Source of the DNA: an uncultured Caldithrix sp.
GTDB lineage: Bacteria > Calditrichota > Calditrichia > RBG-13-44-9
Reading direction: 5' to 3'
Assembly: GCA_964461135.1 (NCBI GenBank)
Contig: CAYWTB010000016.1
Span: 84 to 64,083, forward strand
DNA: 64,000 nucleotides
In this document: positions 49,972-58,589 of the stretch, one piece after another
How positions within the stretch are numbered: the first letter of the stretch is position 1
How the letters are laid out: each line of letters opens with the position of its first letter
Program-made: the position numbers and the translations under genes
Notes under the pieces: generated by a model
Seen by the model: only the letters and a program-made list of their open reading frames with translations
The model's database searches: none
What the model was told of the DNA's origin: nothing

Positions 49972-51465
49972 ATGAGCAAATTTATTTTACTTTCTGTTTT
50001 ATGTATCATGCTTGGCGTATTTACAGCATTTTCGCAGACAAATGAATGGCATACTGATTATGTGACCTTAGATGATGCCGCTAACGGCACGGGTTATCAG
50101 GTGGCCAGTGTAGCTGTGACCGGCCCGAACCAGTTTGTTGCCCTGGTTACACAAACGCCGGATGTGCCGGTTTTAAGTAATCTTTTCACACCCCCGGGAA
50201 ACTACCTGGTCGGTTACTGGGATGCTGATTCCACTATGGGCCGGGTACCCTCCCCCATCGGCGGTCAGCAGACCGCACCTCAATATGGGGTAGCAGGACA
50301 ATATACCATCTGGCAATATTCACTGGATCAGGTTCAGCTTCAGGGAGCCTGGCAAATAGCCGCCGACAAAAATGGCAATATTTATGTAGCCAATAATGAT
50401 GTCAGCCACAACATTCTGGTTTTCAACCTGATAGCATCCGGTCTGGTATCTACCGAATATCGTCTGGAAACGGGCGACCAGAATATCTGGGGAATTGAAG
50501 TGGACACCAGTGGCTATGTTTATGTAGTGGACTATGAGGGAGATGATGTCAAGACGGCCGAAGTTCGCGTATATGCCGGAATTGATGCCCCCGGAACCAA
50601 CTGGGCCACCTTTGGCGGCCATGTGGATCCACCCGTTTCCACCATCGACCTGCCTACCGGTATTTACCAGGGTATCACCGTCAGCGGAGACGGAACCGCC
50701 CTCTATATCAGTGCCACATCAGAACGCAGTGTATGGCGCTATAGCGGTGATCCTGTGGGCGGCTACACGCTAGACGCCGGATTCAGTTATACCATGGCAG
50801 CAGATGATACGGTGGACGATGGCGGGCTGGGTACACCCAGCACTCTGGGTCTGGCCTATCTGGATGAACCACCCCTGGTTTTTGCAGCTGCCGATACCTT
50901 CCTGTACATAGGTACAGATGGCGGCTACCCCTATGGACGAATCTATGTCCTTCATCCCACAGAGGGTACACCGCTGGATACCATAGATATTGCTGCCTGG
51001 AACCTGGCCATTACCGGTGCGTACAATACCGGTTCCAGTAACGGTCGGGCCGGGGGTTTTACGTCGGTCCTGGATGTGGATGTTGAAGCGACCCAACCGG
51101 GCATTTATACCCAGACATACTATGGCTGGGCAGTGGAAAAATGGCTGTTTGACGGTAATCTCCCGGCAGTGGGAATTGAAAAAATATCCGATCAGATCCC
51201 GCAGGCCTTCCTCCTCAAACAGAATTATCCTAATCCGTTCAACCCGGAAACAATCATTGAGTTTACAATCCGGCAGAGTGACCAGGTAATCCTGGATATA
51301 TTCAACACCGTGGGGCAAAAAGTCGGAACCTTAATCAATGAAAAGATGAGCCCGGGCACCTATCAGGTTACCTTTAATGCAGGTCAGCTGCCGTCGGGTG
51401 TCTATTTTTACCGAATCAAGGCAGGTACCTATTTTGATATCAAAAAGATGACCCTGCTGAAATAA
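49972..51465 (+). CDS. Secreted beta-propeller-like protein with T9SS type-A CTD
   Basis: SD AGGAGG; signal peptide; IAADKNGNIYV, IEVDTSGYVYV, ITVSGDGTALY blades; QNYPNPFNP...KMTLLK. Confidence 0.8.
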   Translation: MSKFILLSVLCIMLGVFTAFSQTNEWHTDYVTLDDAANGTGYQVASVAVTGPNQFVALVTQTPDVPVLSNLFTPPGNYLVGYWDADSTMGRVPSPIGGQQTAPQYGVAGQYTIWQYSLDQVQLQGAWQIAADKNGNIYVANNDVSHNILVFNLIASGLVSTEYRLETGDQNIWGIEVDTSGYVYVVDYEGDDVKTAEVRVYAGIDAPGTNWATFGGHVDPPVSTIDLPTGIYQGITVSGDGTALYISATSERSVWRYSGDPVGGYTLDAGFSYTMAADDTVDDGGLGTPSTLGLAYLDEPPLVFAAADTFLYIGTDGGYPYGRIYVLHPTEGTPLDTIDIAAWNLAITGAYNTGSSNGRAGGFTSVLDVDVEATQPGIYTQTYYGWAVEKWLFDGNLPAVGIEKISDQIPQAFLLKQNYPNPFNPETIIEFTIRQSDQVILDIFNTVGQKVGTLINEKMSPGTYQVTFNAGQLPSGVYFYRIKAGTYFDIKKMTLLK

Positions 51466-51483
51466 GAAAGCACGTTTATTATC

Positions 51484-51514
51484 CCTGCCATCAGTCGATG
51501 GCAGGAATTTTTTT
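51484..51514 (+). terminator. Rho-independent terminator
   Basis: CCTGCCATC-AGTC-GATGGCAGG followed by AATTTTTTT. Confidence 0.75.
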
Positions 51515-51579
51515 AGTTAAAACCACTGCCTCCCTGCGTGGGATTTAACTTTATTAACATATTCAGTATAGTTAATATT

Positions 51580-52929
51580 ATGAGACGCTTCATAAAAGCA
51601 ATACCGGTTATTTTACTTTGCGTAACCCTTGGTCTGCCACAGGCAAATTCCATCAATTATGATCCCCAGATAGATTCCCTGATTCAACAGGTGGATACCG
51701 CCAACATATCGCGCTATATAGCGGATCTGGCCTGGGCAAATGGACATCAGAGCCGGGTCAATCTTACTCCCGGAAATGAATGGGCTGCCGGCTATTTAAA
51801 GCAGACCCTGGATGGTTTTTCCGGTCTAACTTCGGTTGAATTTGACACATTCTACGTCCTGAATGCCCCGGCTCCCTACAACAGCAGACCAATGGTCAAT
51901 GTTGTCGCTACCCTGGCCGGTCATGGACAAACGGATATGTACTATATTATTGGCGGTCATTTTGATACTTCCGCCAGTCTGGATCCCACCATCACCTGGT
52001 CCACCGACTGGCCCACTGCCGTTGCGCCGGGAGCTGACGATAACGGATCCGGGGTGGCAACCACTCTGGAAATTGCCCGGATTCTGAGCGACCCGGATAA
52101 TCAGTTCAACAATGATATCACAATAAAATTTATCCTATTCGGAGCCGAAGAAAGCAGTCCCGCTTATTTTAATGATCATCACAAAGGCAGCCATCATTAT
52201 GCTTCAACAGCCTATAGCAATGGTGATAATATTCAGGGCGCATATATCCTGGATATGTATGGTTTTAATGATACCGGAAATTATTATTTCAACATCGTTT
52301 CCAATCCCAATTCACTGATACTGGGTGAAGATATGCTGGAAATCAATCAACTTTATCAAATCGGCCTCCAGTCCAACAGCAGTCCCTTTACCTATGCAGA
52401 CTACTCTGACCACGATCAGTTCTGGGCCTACTGGTATAAAGCCATCCTGTTGATTGAAAATGCACCCCCCTGGGATGACAATCTGCCCTGGTATTCGGCT
52501 AATCCGTATTATCATACTCATCAGGATACCCCTGATAAAGTCAACATGGAACTGGTAGCCAAAATTACCCGGATCACCCTGGGAACCATTGCCTCTCTCA
52601 CCAAAGGAGTTACCGATATCCATGCAATCCAGCCGGGCGAAACTGTTCCGGAAACCATCAGCTTGTTTCCCAATTATCCTAATCCTTTCAACGCCACTAC
52701 CACAATTTCTTACCGGTTAAGATCCAGCGGAAAGGTAACGTTGACACTCTACAATTCGGCAGGCCAGGAAGTTTCTGAACCGGTGAACCAGTGGCAATCA
52801 GCCGGAGATTATAAGATTCACTGGACGGCAAATGACAATTCCGGAAATGGTCTGCCCAGCGGACTGTATTTTGTCCGGTTACGTATGAATGGCACTGAGA
52901 ATACCCGAAAGATGATCTTGCTGCGATAG
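51580..52929 (+). CDS. M28 family aminopeptidase with T9SS type-A CTD
   Basis: GGHFD, PGADDNGSG, GAEE, LDM, SDH, YH..QD metal ligands; ATG 51580. Confidence 0.9.
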   Translation: MRRFIKAIPVILLCVTLGLPQANSINYDPQIDSLIQQVDTANISRYIADLAWANGHQSRVNLTPGNEWAAGYLKQTLDGFSGLTSVEFDTFYVLNAPAPYNSRPMVNVVATLAGHGQTDMYYIIGGHFDTSASLDPTITWSTDWPTAVAPGADDNGSGVATTLEIARILSDPDNQFNNDITIKFILFGAEESSPAYFNDHHKGSHHYASTAYSNGDNIQGAYILDMYGFNDTGNYYFNIVSNPNSLILGEDMLEINQLYQIGLQSNSSPFTYADYSDHDQFWAYWYKAILLIENAPPWDDNLPWYSANPYYHTHQDTPDKVNMELVAKITRITLGTIASLTKGVTDIHAIQPGETVPETISLFPNYPNPFNATTTISYRLRSSGKVTLTLYNSAGQEVSEPVNQWQSAGDYKIHWTANDNSGNGLPSGLYFVRLRMNGTENTRKMILLR

Positions 52930-53045
52930 AATTAATGTATTGGTTAATACTGTACGAAGTTCTTACTCAAATAACGATCCTTCCAGTGGAAAGTGGTTCA
53001 TTGCACTCAAATTTAAAATAAGAACATAAAGCACCGAGGATTGAA

Positions 53046-53681
53046 ATGAAATATATCTTACTGGTCTTATGTGTTTTTTATCTCACTGGTTGGGGACAAA
53101 CCGGGTTAGAAGAACTGGTAAACGTCAGAGAATTTATACCGGATATAGTCCTCGATCTGAAATATAACACTGTCGATAACTTCCTGAGTCAAAAACTGTA
53201 TACCACAGATGAATGTTACCTGGCCCGTGCAGTGGTCGAACGATTAATGCTGGTCCAGGACAGCCTGCGCCACATTATCTCTTTCGATGGAATAAATTAT
53301 CCGCAGGGACTGGGCTTGAAGATCTGGGACGGTTATCGTCCGCGGGCGGTTCAGTTTCTGATGTGGGAGATCATGCCGGATCCCAATTTCGTAGCTAATC
53401 CTTACACCGGCTCGCGCCATAATCGTGGTGTGGCAGTTGATGTGACGCTAGTTAACCGAGCCACCGGAAAAGAACTGGAAATGCCTACTCCGTTTGACGA
53501 TTTTACAGAAAAAGCGGCCCACACCTACATGAACCTGCCAGCGAATGTCATTGCTAACCGTACACTCCTGAAAAATATGATGGGGCAGGTAGGTGACCTG
53601 GAATTATACAATGCGGAATGGTGGCACTATTCCTATGCAGCTGCAGCCAGTTATCCGCTGCTGGATTTTCAATTGAAATGA
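53046..53681 (+). CDS. ddpX: D-alanyl-D-alanine dipeptidase (M15D, VanX/DdpX family) with signal peptide
   Basis: DGYRP, GSRHNRGVAVD (SxHxxGxAxD), MPTPFDDF, EWWHY. Confidence 0.88.
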   Translation: MKYILLVLCVFYLTGWGQTGLEELVNVREFIPDIVLDLKYNTVDNFLSQKLYTTDECYLARAVVERLMLVQDSLRHIISFDGINYPQGLGLKIWDGYRPRAVQFLMWEIMPDPNFVANPYTGSRHNRGVAVDVTLVNRATGKELEMPTPFDDFTEKAAHTYMNLPANVIANRTLLKNMMGQVGDLELYNAEWWHYSYAAAASYPLLDFQLK

Positions 53682-53689
53682 GGTGTTCT

Positions 53690-55975
53690 ATGAAATTTAT
53701 ACATCTGTCTATTTTATTACTGTTGAATACTGCGGTACTAACAGCCCAGAGCGAATTCCGGGTAAATTCTTATCTTGACTCCGCCCAGCACGAACCGGCC
53801 ATAGCCCGGGATGCCTCCGGAAATTACGTGGTGGTATGGACATCGGAATCGCAGGTTGACTCTGTTTCGCAGGGAGATATCTTCCTGCAGCTGTTTGATA
53901 ATCAGGATCAGATGATCGGCGGCGAAATACAGGTAAATTCCCACACGGCCAGTGAACAGGAAAAACCGGCAGTTGACATGGCGCCCGGCGGAGAATTTGT
54001 GGTGGTTTGGGCATCCGTAACGGATTTTACAGACAACTATGATATCTATGGCCAGATATTTCGTAATAATTCACCATTCGGCTCAAATTTCAGGATTAAT
54101 ACGGAAGTCGCTTACGCCCAATCCCGGCCCGATCTGGTCATGTATCCTGATGGCCGTTTTATTGTGGTATGGGATTCCTGGTTTCAGGATGGCAGCGACC
54201 GGGGGGTTTTTGGCCAGCGTTTCACTTCCGACGGCCTGAAAAACGGTCCGGAATTTTCAGTTAATACCACCACTGCTTACAGCCAGGCCCGGCCTTCTCT
54301 GGCACTGACCGGCAACGGTGAATTTGTGGTCATCTGGGAATCCTGGAAACAGGATATTGTCACGCTCGATGGTTACGGACTATTCGGACAACGCTTTGAT
54401 GCCGCTGCCAATAAAATTGGAGGCGAGTTTCAAATTAATACCTATACCAATGATTATCAGTGGCTGGGGGATATCCTGGGATTTGATGATGGCAGTTTCG
54501 TGGTGGCATGGTGCAGCTGGGAACAGGATGGAGATGACGGGGGCATATATCTGCAGAGATTCGGGCCGCAGGGTTCCAAATCCGCTTCCGAAATAAGGAT
54601 AAACAGCAGTACCGCTTTTTATCAATGGCTTCCCCGGTTTGCAAAACTATCCGGTGATAATTTTGCCGTTATCTGGTCCAGCTGGAAACAGGATGGTGAC
54701 CGTGAAGGAGTGTATGCAAAAATTTTTGATCGTGATGGAAAAGAGCTGGCTTTCGAAAGCAGGATTAACCTCACCACGCAGAATTTTCAGTGGGAACCGG
54801 TGGCCATCGGCGGATCATCAGAGATGGAGATTGTGGCGGTCTGGTCCAGCTGCAGCGGGCCTGGGATCGATTATGATGTGATAGCCAGGCGGATGGAACT
54901 GTCCTCTCCCACCGGCTATATGAATCCCAATACCGTCAGTCATCCCACCGGACGTACAACCAGTGAAGTGGTTGTTCACGTGTTTGACAGCACCGCTGTT
55001 ACCGGCGAAAGCTACCAGGTCACCTTTCAGGTTCCGGACAGCCTTCCCGCATCCATGAATATCCAGAATTTAAGCACTTCGCAAATGACAATATCTGATT
55101 ACACCTTTTACGGGGGGGCTGGATTTTTCTACCTGACGCCGGTTTTCGAAGGAATTGCCGTGGAAATAAAACCAGTATTTGAACTGGACATAAATACCGA
55201 TCAATCCCATTTCATTAACCATACCGGCAGTAATCTTTCTTTTGATATCTCAGCGGTTAATGACAATCTAAAACATATCGTTCCCATAAATGTGGTGCTG
55301 GTCTGGGGCAGTACTGATACCCTTCCCAACGGCCGATATGCGACTCCACTGGATACCGCCATGTCCATTGCTGCAAAATTCGAGGTGCAGGTTCCCTTCC
55401 GGGCCTGGGATCTGACCGAAAATCAACCTCTGGGAATGTGGGTAATAGAGACCTCCGGTACCTACAATCAACGCTGGGATCCTCATGAGACTATCCGGAT
55501 CCTCACGCCACCTCCTAATTCAACACGTCTTGGCGAATCTCATGCGCAGGTCGTGCCGGTGGTGCCAACCGGGACCCTAATATTACCCGGCATCAGCGAC
55601 TCCATTATGATCTATACTCAGCGTCCCCTCACAGATCAGGATACCATCCGCTTTGTAGCAGATCCATCAGGCATCATTACCGGGCTGGAAAATAAAGGTC
55701 AGCAGCAACCTCTTCGCTTTTCCCTGGAAAATAATTATCCCAATCCGTTCAATCCAGCCACCACCATTCCCTTTACAGTAGACAGGAGTGGGCGGGTGAA
55801 GCTCACGGTGTATAATATCCTGGGGCAAAAAGTGGCTACCTTACAGGACGGATATTTAAGCCCGGGCCGTCACCGGGCTTTATTCAATGCCGCCGGCCTG
55901 GCCTCCGGTATATACCTGTACAATCTAGCCCGGGATAATTACAGCATTACCCGGAAAATGATCCTTCTAAAATAA
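53690..55975 (+). CDS. Secreted seven-repeat beta-propeller protein with T9SS type-A CTD
   Basis: Start moved to ATG 53690 (signal MKFIHLSILLLL); seven ~57-aa repeats EFxVN....Q..P......G.FVVVW.S; NNYPNPFNP...KMILLK. Confidence 0.85.
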   Translation: MKFIHLSILLLLNTAVLTAQSEFRVNSYLDSAQHEPAIARDASGNYVVVWTSESQVDSVSQGDIFLQLFDNQDQMIGGEIQVNSHTASEQEKPAVDMAPGGEFVVVWASVTDFTDNYDIYGQIFRNNSPFGSNFRINTEVAYAQSRPDLVMYPDGRFIVVWDSWFQDGSDRGVFGQRFTSDGLKNGPEFSVNTTTAYSQARPSLALTGNGEFVVIWESWKQDIVTLDGYGLFGQRFDAAANKIGGEFQINTYTNDYQWLGDILGFDDGSFVVAWCSWEQDGDDGGIYLQRFGPQGSKSASEIRINSSTAFYQWLPRFAKLSGDNFAVIWSSWKQDGDREGVYAKIFDRDGKELAFESRINLTTQNFQWEPVAIGGSSEMEIVAVWSSCSGPGIDYDVIARRMELSSPTGYMNPNTVSHPTGRTTSEVVVHVFDSTAVTGESYQVTFQVPDSLPASMNIQNLSTSQMTISDYTFYGGAGFFYLTPVFEGIAVEIKPVFELDINTDQSHFINHTGSNLSFDISAVNDNLKHIVPINVVLVWGSTDTLPNGRYATPLDTAMSIAAKFEVQVPFRAWDLTENQPLGMWVIETSGTYNQRWDPHETIRILTPPPNSTRLGESHAQVVPVVPTGTLILPGISDSIMIYTQRPLTDQDTIRFVADPSGIITGLENKGQQQPLRFSLENNYPNPFNPATTIPFTVDRSGRVKLTVYNILGQKVATLQDGYLSPGRHRALFNAAGLASGIYLYNLARDNYSITRKMILLK

Positions 55976-56001
55976 AGTCTGGTGGTCGACGCAGAATATT
56001 T

Positions 56002-56021
56002 TTAGACAGGATTAACAGGAT
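56002..56021 (+). repeat. TTAGACAGGATTAACAGGAT repeat copy
   Basis: Near-identical inverted copy at 58519-58541 (reverse complement TTAGACTGGATGAACAGGAT). Confidence 0.55.
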
Positions 56022-56388
56022 ATTATACGGATGACTCAGATTTTTTGGATAAAATGTTTGGGATTTTGAGAAGAGATTCGAGAATGCCTTTTACTTATTA
56101 TAACCTTTAAATATTTCATCTTCTAGAAACAAATTCAGGTACACCAATTTCGATTATATTCTAAATAAAAGCAGGTCCCGGGAATATTATATAATTTAAA
56201 GTAATTAATGGATTTACTAACCTCCCCCTGTTTCCCCTGTCTGGCTGCCGGACAGGCCCTCCTTTGTAACTGATCCTTATACATAACACAGTATTCTGGA
56301 CACTGGAGTATCATCCCTCCCTTGGGACTTTGTGTGATGAAGGTATTTCCCATATCCTATATTATCCTTTGTTGGTTTTTATTGACCT

Positions 56389-56596
56389 TCAGAAAAAATC
56401 TGAAGAAATTCCAGTGCACCGAGCACAAAAATTCTTTCTGTTTGAGCTAGCACTCAATAGATACAAAAAACTTTGATGTCTATTAGACTATTGAGTGCGA
56501 GCGAGTTTAAGAATTTTAGGGAGGTGCATCGCTGAATTTCCAGATTTTTTCTGACAGTCTTGATTTTTTGGTTCTTTTGCATCAAGGCAAAAGAAC
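56389..56596. repeat. Long imperfect hairpin plus terminal small hairpin (MITE/REP-like)
   Basis: Nested pairs TCAGAAAAAATCTG/CAGATTTTTTCTGA, GAAATTC/GAATTTC, TGCACC/GGTGCA, AAAATTCTT/AAGAATTTT, GCACTCAATAG/CTATTGAGTGC; then GTTCTTTTGC-ATCAAG-GCAAAAGAAC. Confidence 0.7.
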
Positions 56597-56903
56597 ATAT
56601 AAAAAAACCAAAAGTAATTTGAAATATTAGAAGATACAGTACAATCCAGCTTAGTAAATTTATTTTGATTTCATCATTTGATCATACAGGCAACTGGTAA
56701 GATAAAATTGTTTTACTTATCCCTAAAACCCCTGTCTGGCCGCCCTGCCTGCAGCAGGCAGGCAGGCTTCCCTAATACAATAGCGAAGGAATTTTCACAA
56801 TGCTTTTGCCTACTATCCGGAATAATTTGACGAACATAATTAGTTGTAAAAAGGGGCGAGGACGGATTTTTCTGATAAAAAGGGTATGTATTTTCTGAAC
56901 AAC

Positions 56904-58169
56904 TCATGGATTTTCATTCATAAACCGGTTCAAATTCGGCAGACAAGGTCGCTCCCTATCAGATTCATAGTCATAAATCACCCGACCCAATTCCGCCAGA
57001 AATGGTAAACCTATTTCATCATATTCATAGGTATCATCATTATAAATCCGGTTCTCATTCACCTGAATAACCGCCGTTAGCAGAAATTCCACCTTCTTAT
57101 CAAGATCTATGATATAAGCATTGTCGATTAAATAGCCATAGGCCTGTCCGCTTTTATTGAATATCCTGATATTTGATGGAATTATCTGCCGGCTGTTCAA
57201 GTACATAAAAAATTTAAGATAACCATCGGGATATTCGGTGGTATCCCGGTAAGCGGTTATTTCGCTTTGACGGGGAAGCATGGACATGTAAGTATAGAGA
57301 AAACGATAATCATCGGCCGTAAGATCAAATACTCCACCGGAATCAGGCGGATCGGGATAGATAACCGCTTTCAGAATATTCTGCAGATCAGGTACAGAGA
57401 GGTAATTGGAATAACTGAAATCAATGGGATGGTGAACCAGTTCGCCGTTCCGGTAATATCCGATCCCCTGTTTCACTCCTTTCATTTTCACCTGCAATGT
57501 TTCCGGATTTATCACTACAGGTTGATGGTAAAGGGTCCGGTCATTTTCAAAAAAAGTTATGGGATTGGTGGCACGGTTTTCCAGAGTAGAAAGCCCCGAT
57601 TCCAGACGCCGGATAATCCGCACATCTGTGTATCCTTTGGCCCACAAGGTCCGGTTGATGTACTGCTGGCCCAGAAATTCGTACAATCGATTAAAAGCAT
57701 CATTATCACTAACCAGGAATATTTTCTTAATAAAATGGGCTATGGACGGCAGGTTGTTACTGGCCGTTGAATCATTATATTCCCGGCTTTGTCCGCTGTA
57801 GGCGCTGTCTATGCGCATTGAGGTATATTTGTTTAGACCAGGTATATTCAGCAGATTTATTTTTTCCAGGGCCAGCACTGCCACCGGCAGTTTGACGGTA
57901 CTTGCCGGATAAAAATATTCCCGGTTATTCACATGGTATTGAAAGGAGTGAAAATGTGGCTGATTCAGACTGTCCCGGTCAATGCACGTATACAGGATCT
58001 GCAAGCGGAATTTTTCCGGATTGTTTAATATTCCTGCAAACTTTGGCATATTTTTCTTGAGCAGATCCGGCAGGAAAATATCATCCTGACGGTTTCTGTT
58101 TGTACAGTGTGATACCAGTATCGCTATAAAAATCAGGATAAACCAGAAAACGGATTTTTTCATATTCAT
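56904..58169 (-). CDS. Class A beta-lactamase-related serine hydrolase, lipoprotein
   Basis: Lipobox LVSHC; YPASTVK (SxxK), SDN and NKSG motifs. Confidence 0.82.
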   Translation of the reverse strand: MNMKKSVFWFILIFIAILVSHCTNRNRQDDIFLPDLLKKNMPKFAGILNNPEKFRLQILYTCIDRDSLNQPHFHSFQYHVNNREYFYPASTVKLPVAVLALEKINLLNIPGLNKYTSMRIDSAYSGQSREYNDSTASNNLPSIAHFIKKIFLVSDNDAFNRLYEFLGQQYINRTLWAKGYTDVRIIRRLESGLSTLENRATNPITFFENDRTLYHQPVVINPETLQVKMKGVKQGIGYYRNGELVHHPIDFSYSNYLSVPDLQNILKAVIYPDPPDSGGVFDLTADDYRFLYTYMSMLPRQSEITAYRDTTEYPDGYLKFFMYLNSRQIIPSNIRIFNKSGQAYGYLIDNAYIIDLDKKVEFLLTAVIQVNENRIYNDDTYEYDEIGLPFLAELGRVIYDYESDRERPCLPNLNRFMNENP

Positions 58170-58518
58170 ATGATATATGTTGCTTAATGGTTAGAAGGTT
58201 TAATGTGAACAAGTTATTAGCTCCCACACGAAGTACAGCAATTCATAAATACAATAACATAAATTTTAGACGGGATTAATGCCACAGGCATCACTATGTG
58301 ACAGGACTCAATAATAATTTAAATCCTATAAATCACACATCATAATTTTAAACCAACAGCTCACTCCTGCACCCCGAATGTTAAAAACGGTTGTTAACTA
58401 TTTGCCGGTTTCAGCCTACACATGGTGAGAATCAATTTGGGGCAGAGGTTTTATCCAGTATATTAACCTGTACATTTTCTACAAAATATGCGAATAAACC
58501 CGATGAAATTCTATTTTT

Positions 58519-58541
58519 TTAATCCTGTTCATCCAGTCTAA
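58519..58541 (-). repeat. Inverted copy of the TTAGAC(A/T)GGAT(T/G)AACAGGAT repeat
   Basis: AATCCTGTTCATCCAGTCTAA is the reverse complement of the 56002 motif with 2 mismatches. Confidence 0.55.
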
Positions 58542-58589
58542 TATGAATACATTTCATGATTTATGAAAAAATACTCCTTCGGATTCCCC

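Noticed and set aside
53046-58169. Antibiotic-resistance island (VanX plus beta-lactamase-like genes)
   Set aside because: No vanHA/vanRS or mobile context; these folds are better explained as cell-wall peptide-processing enzymes.
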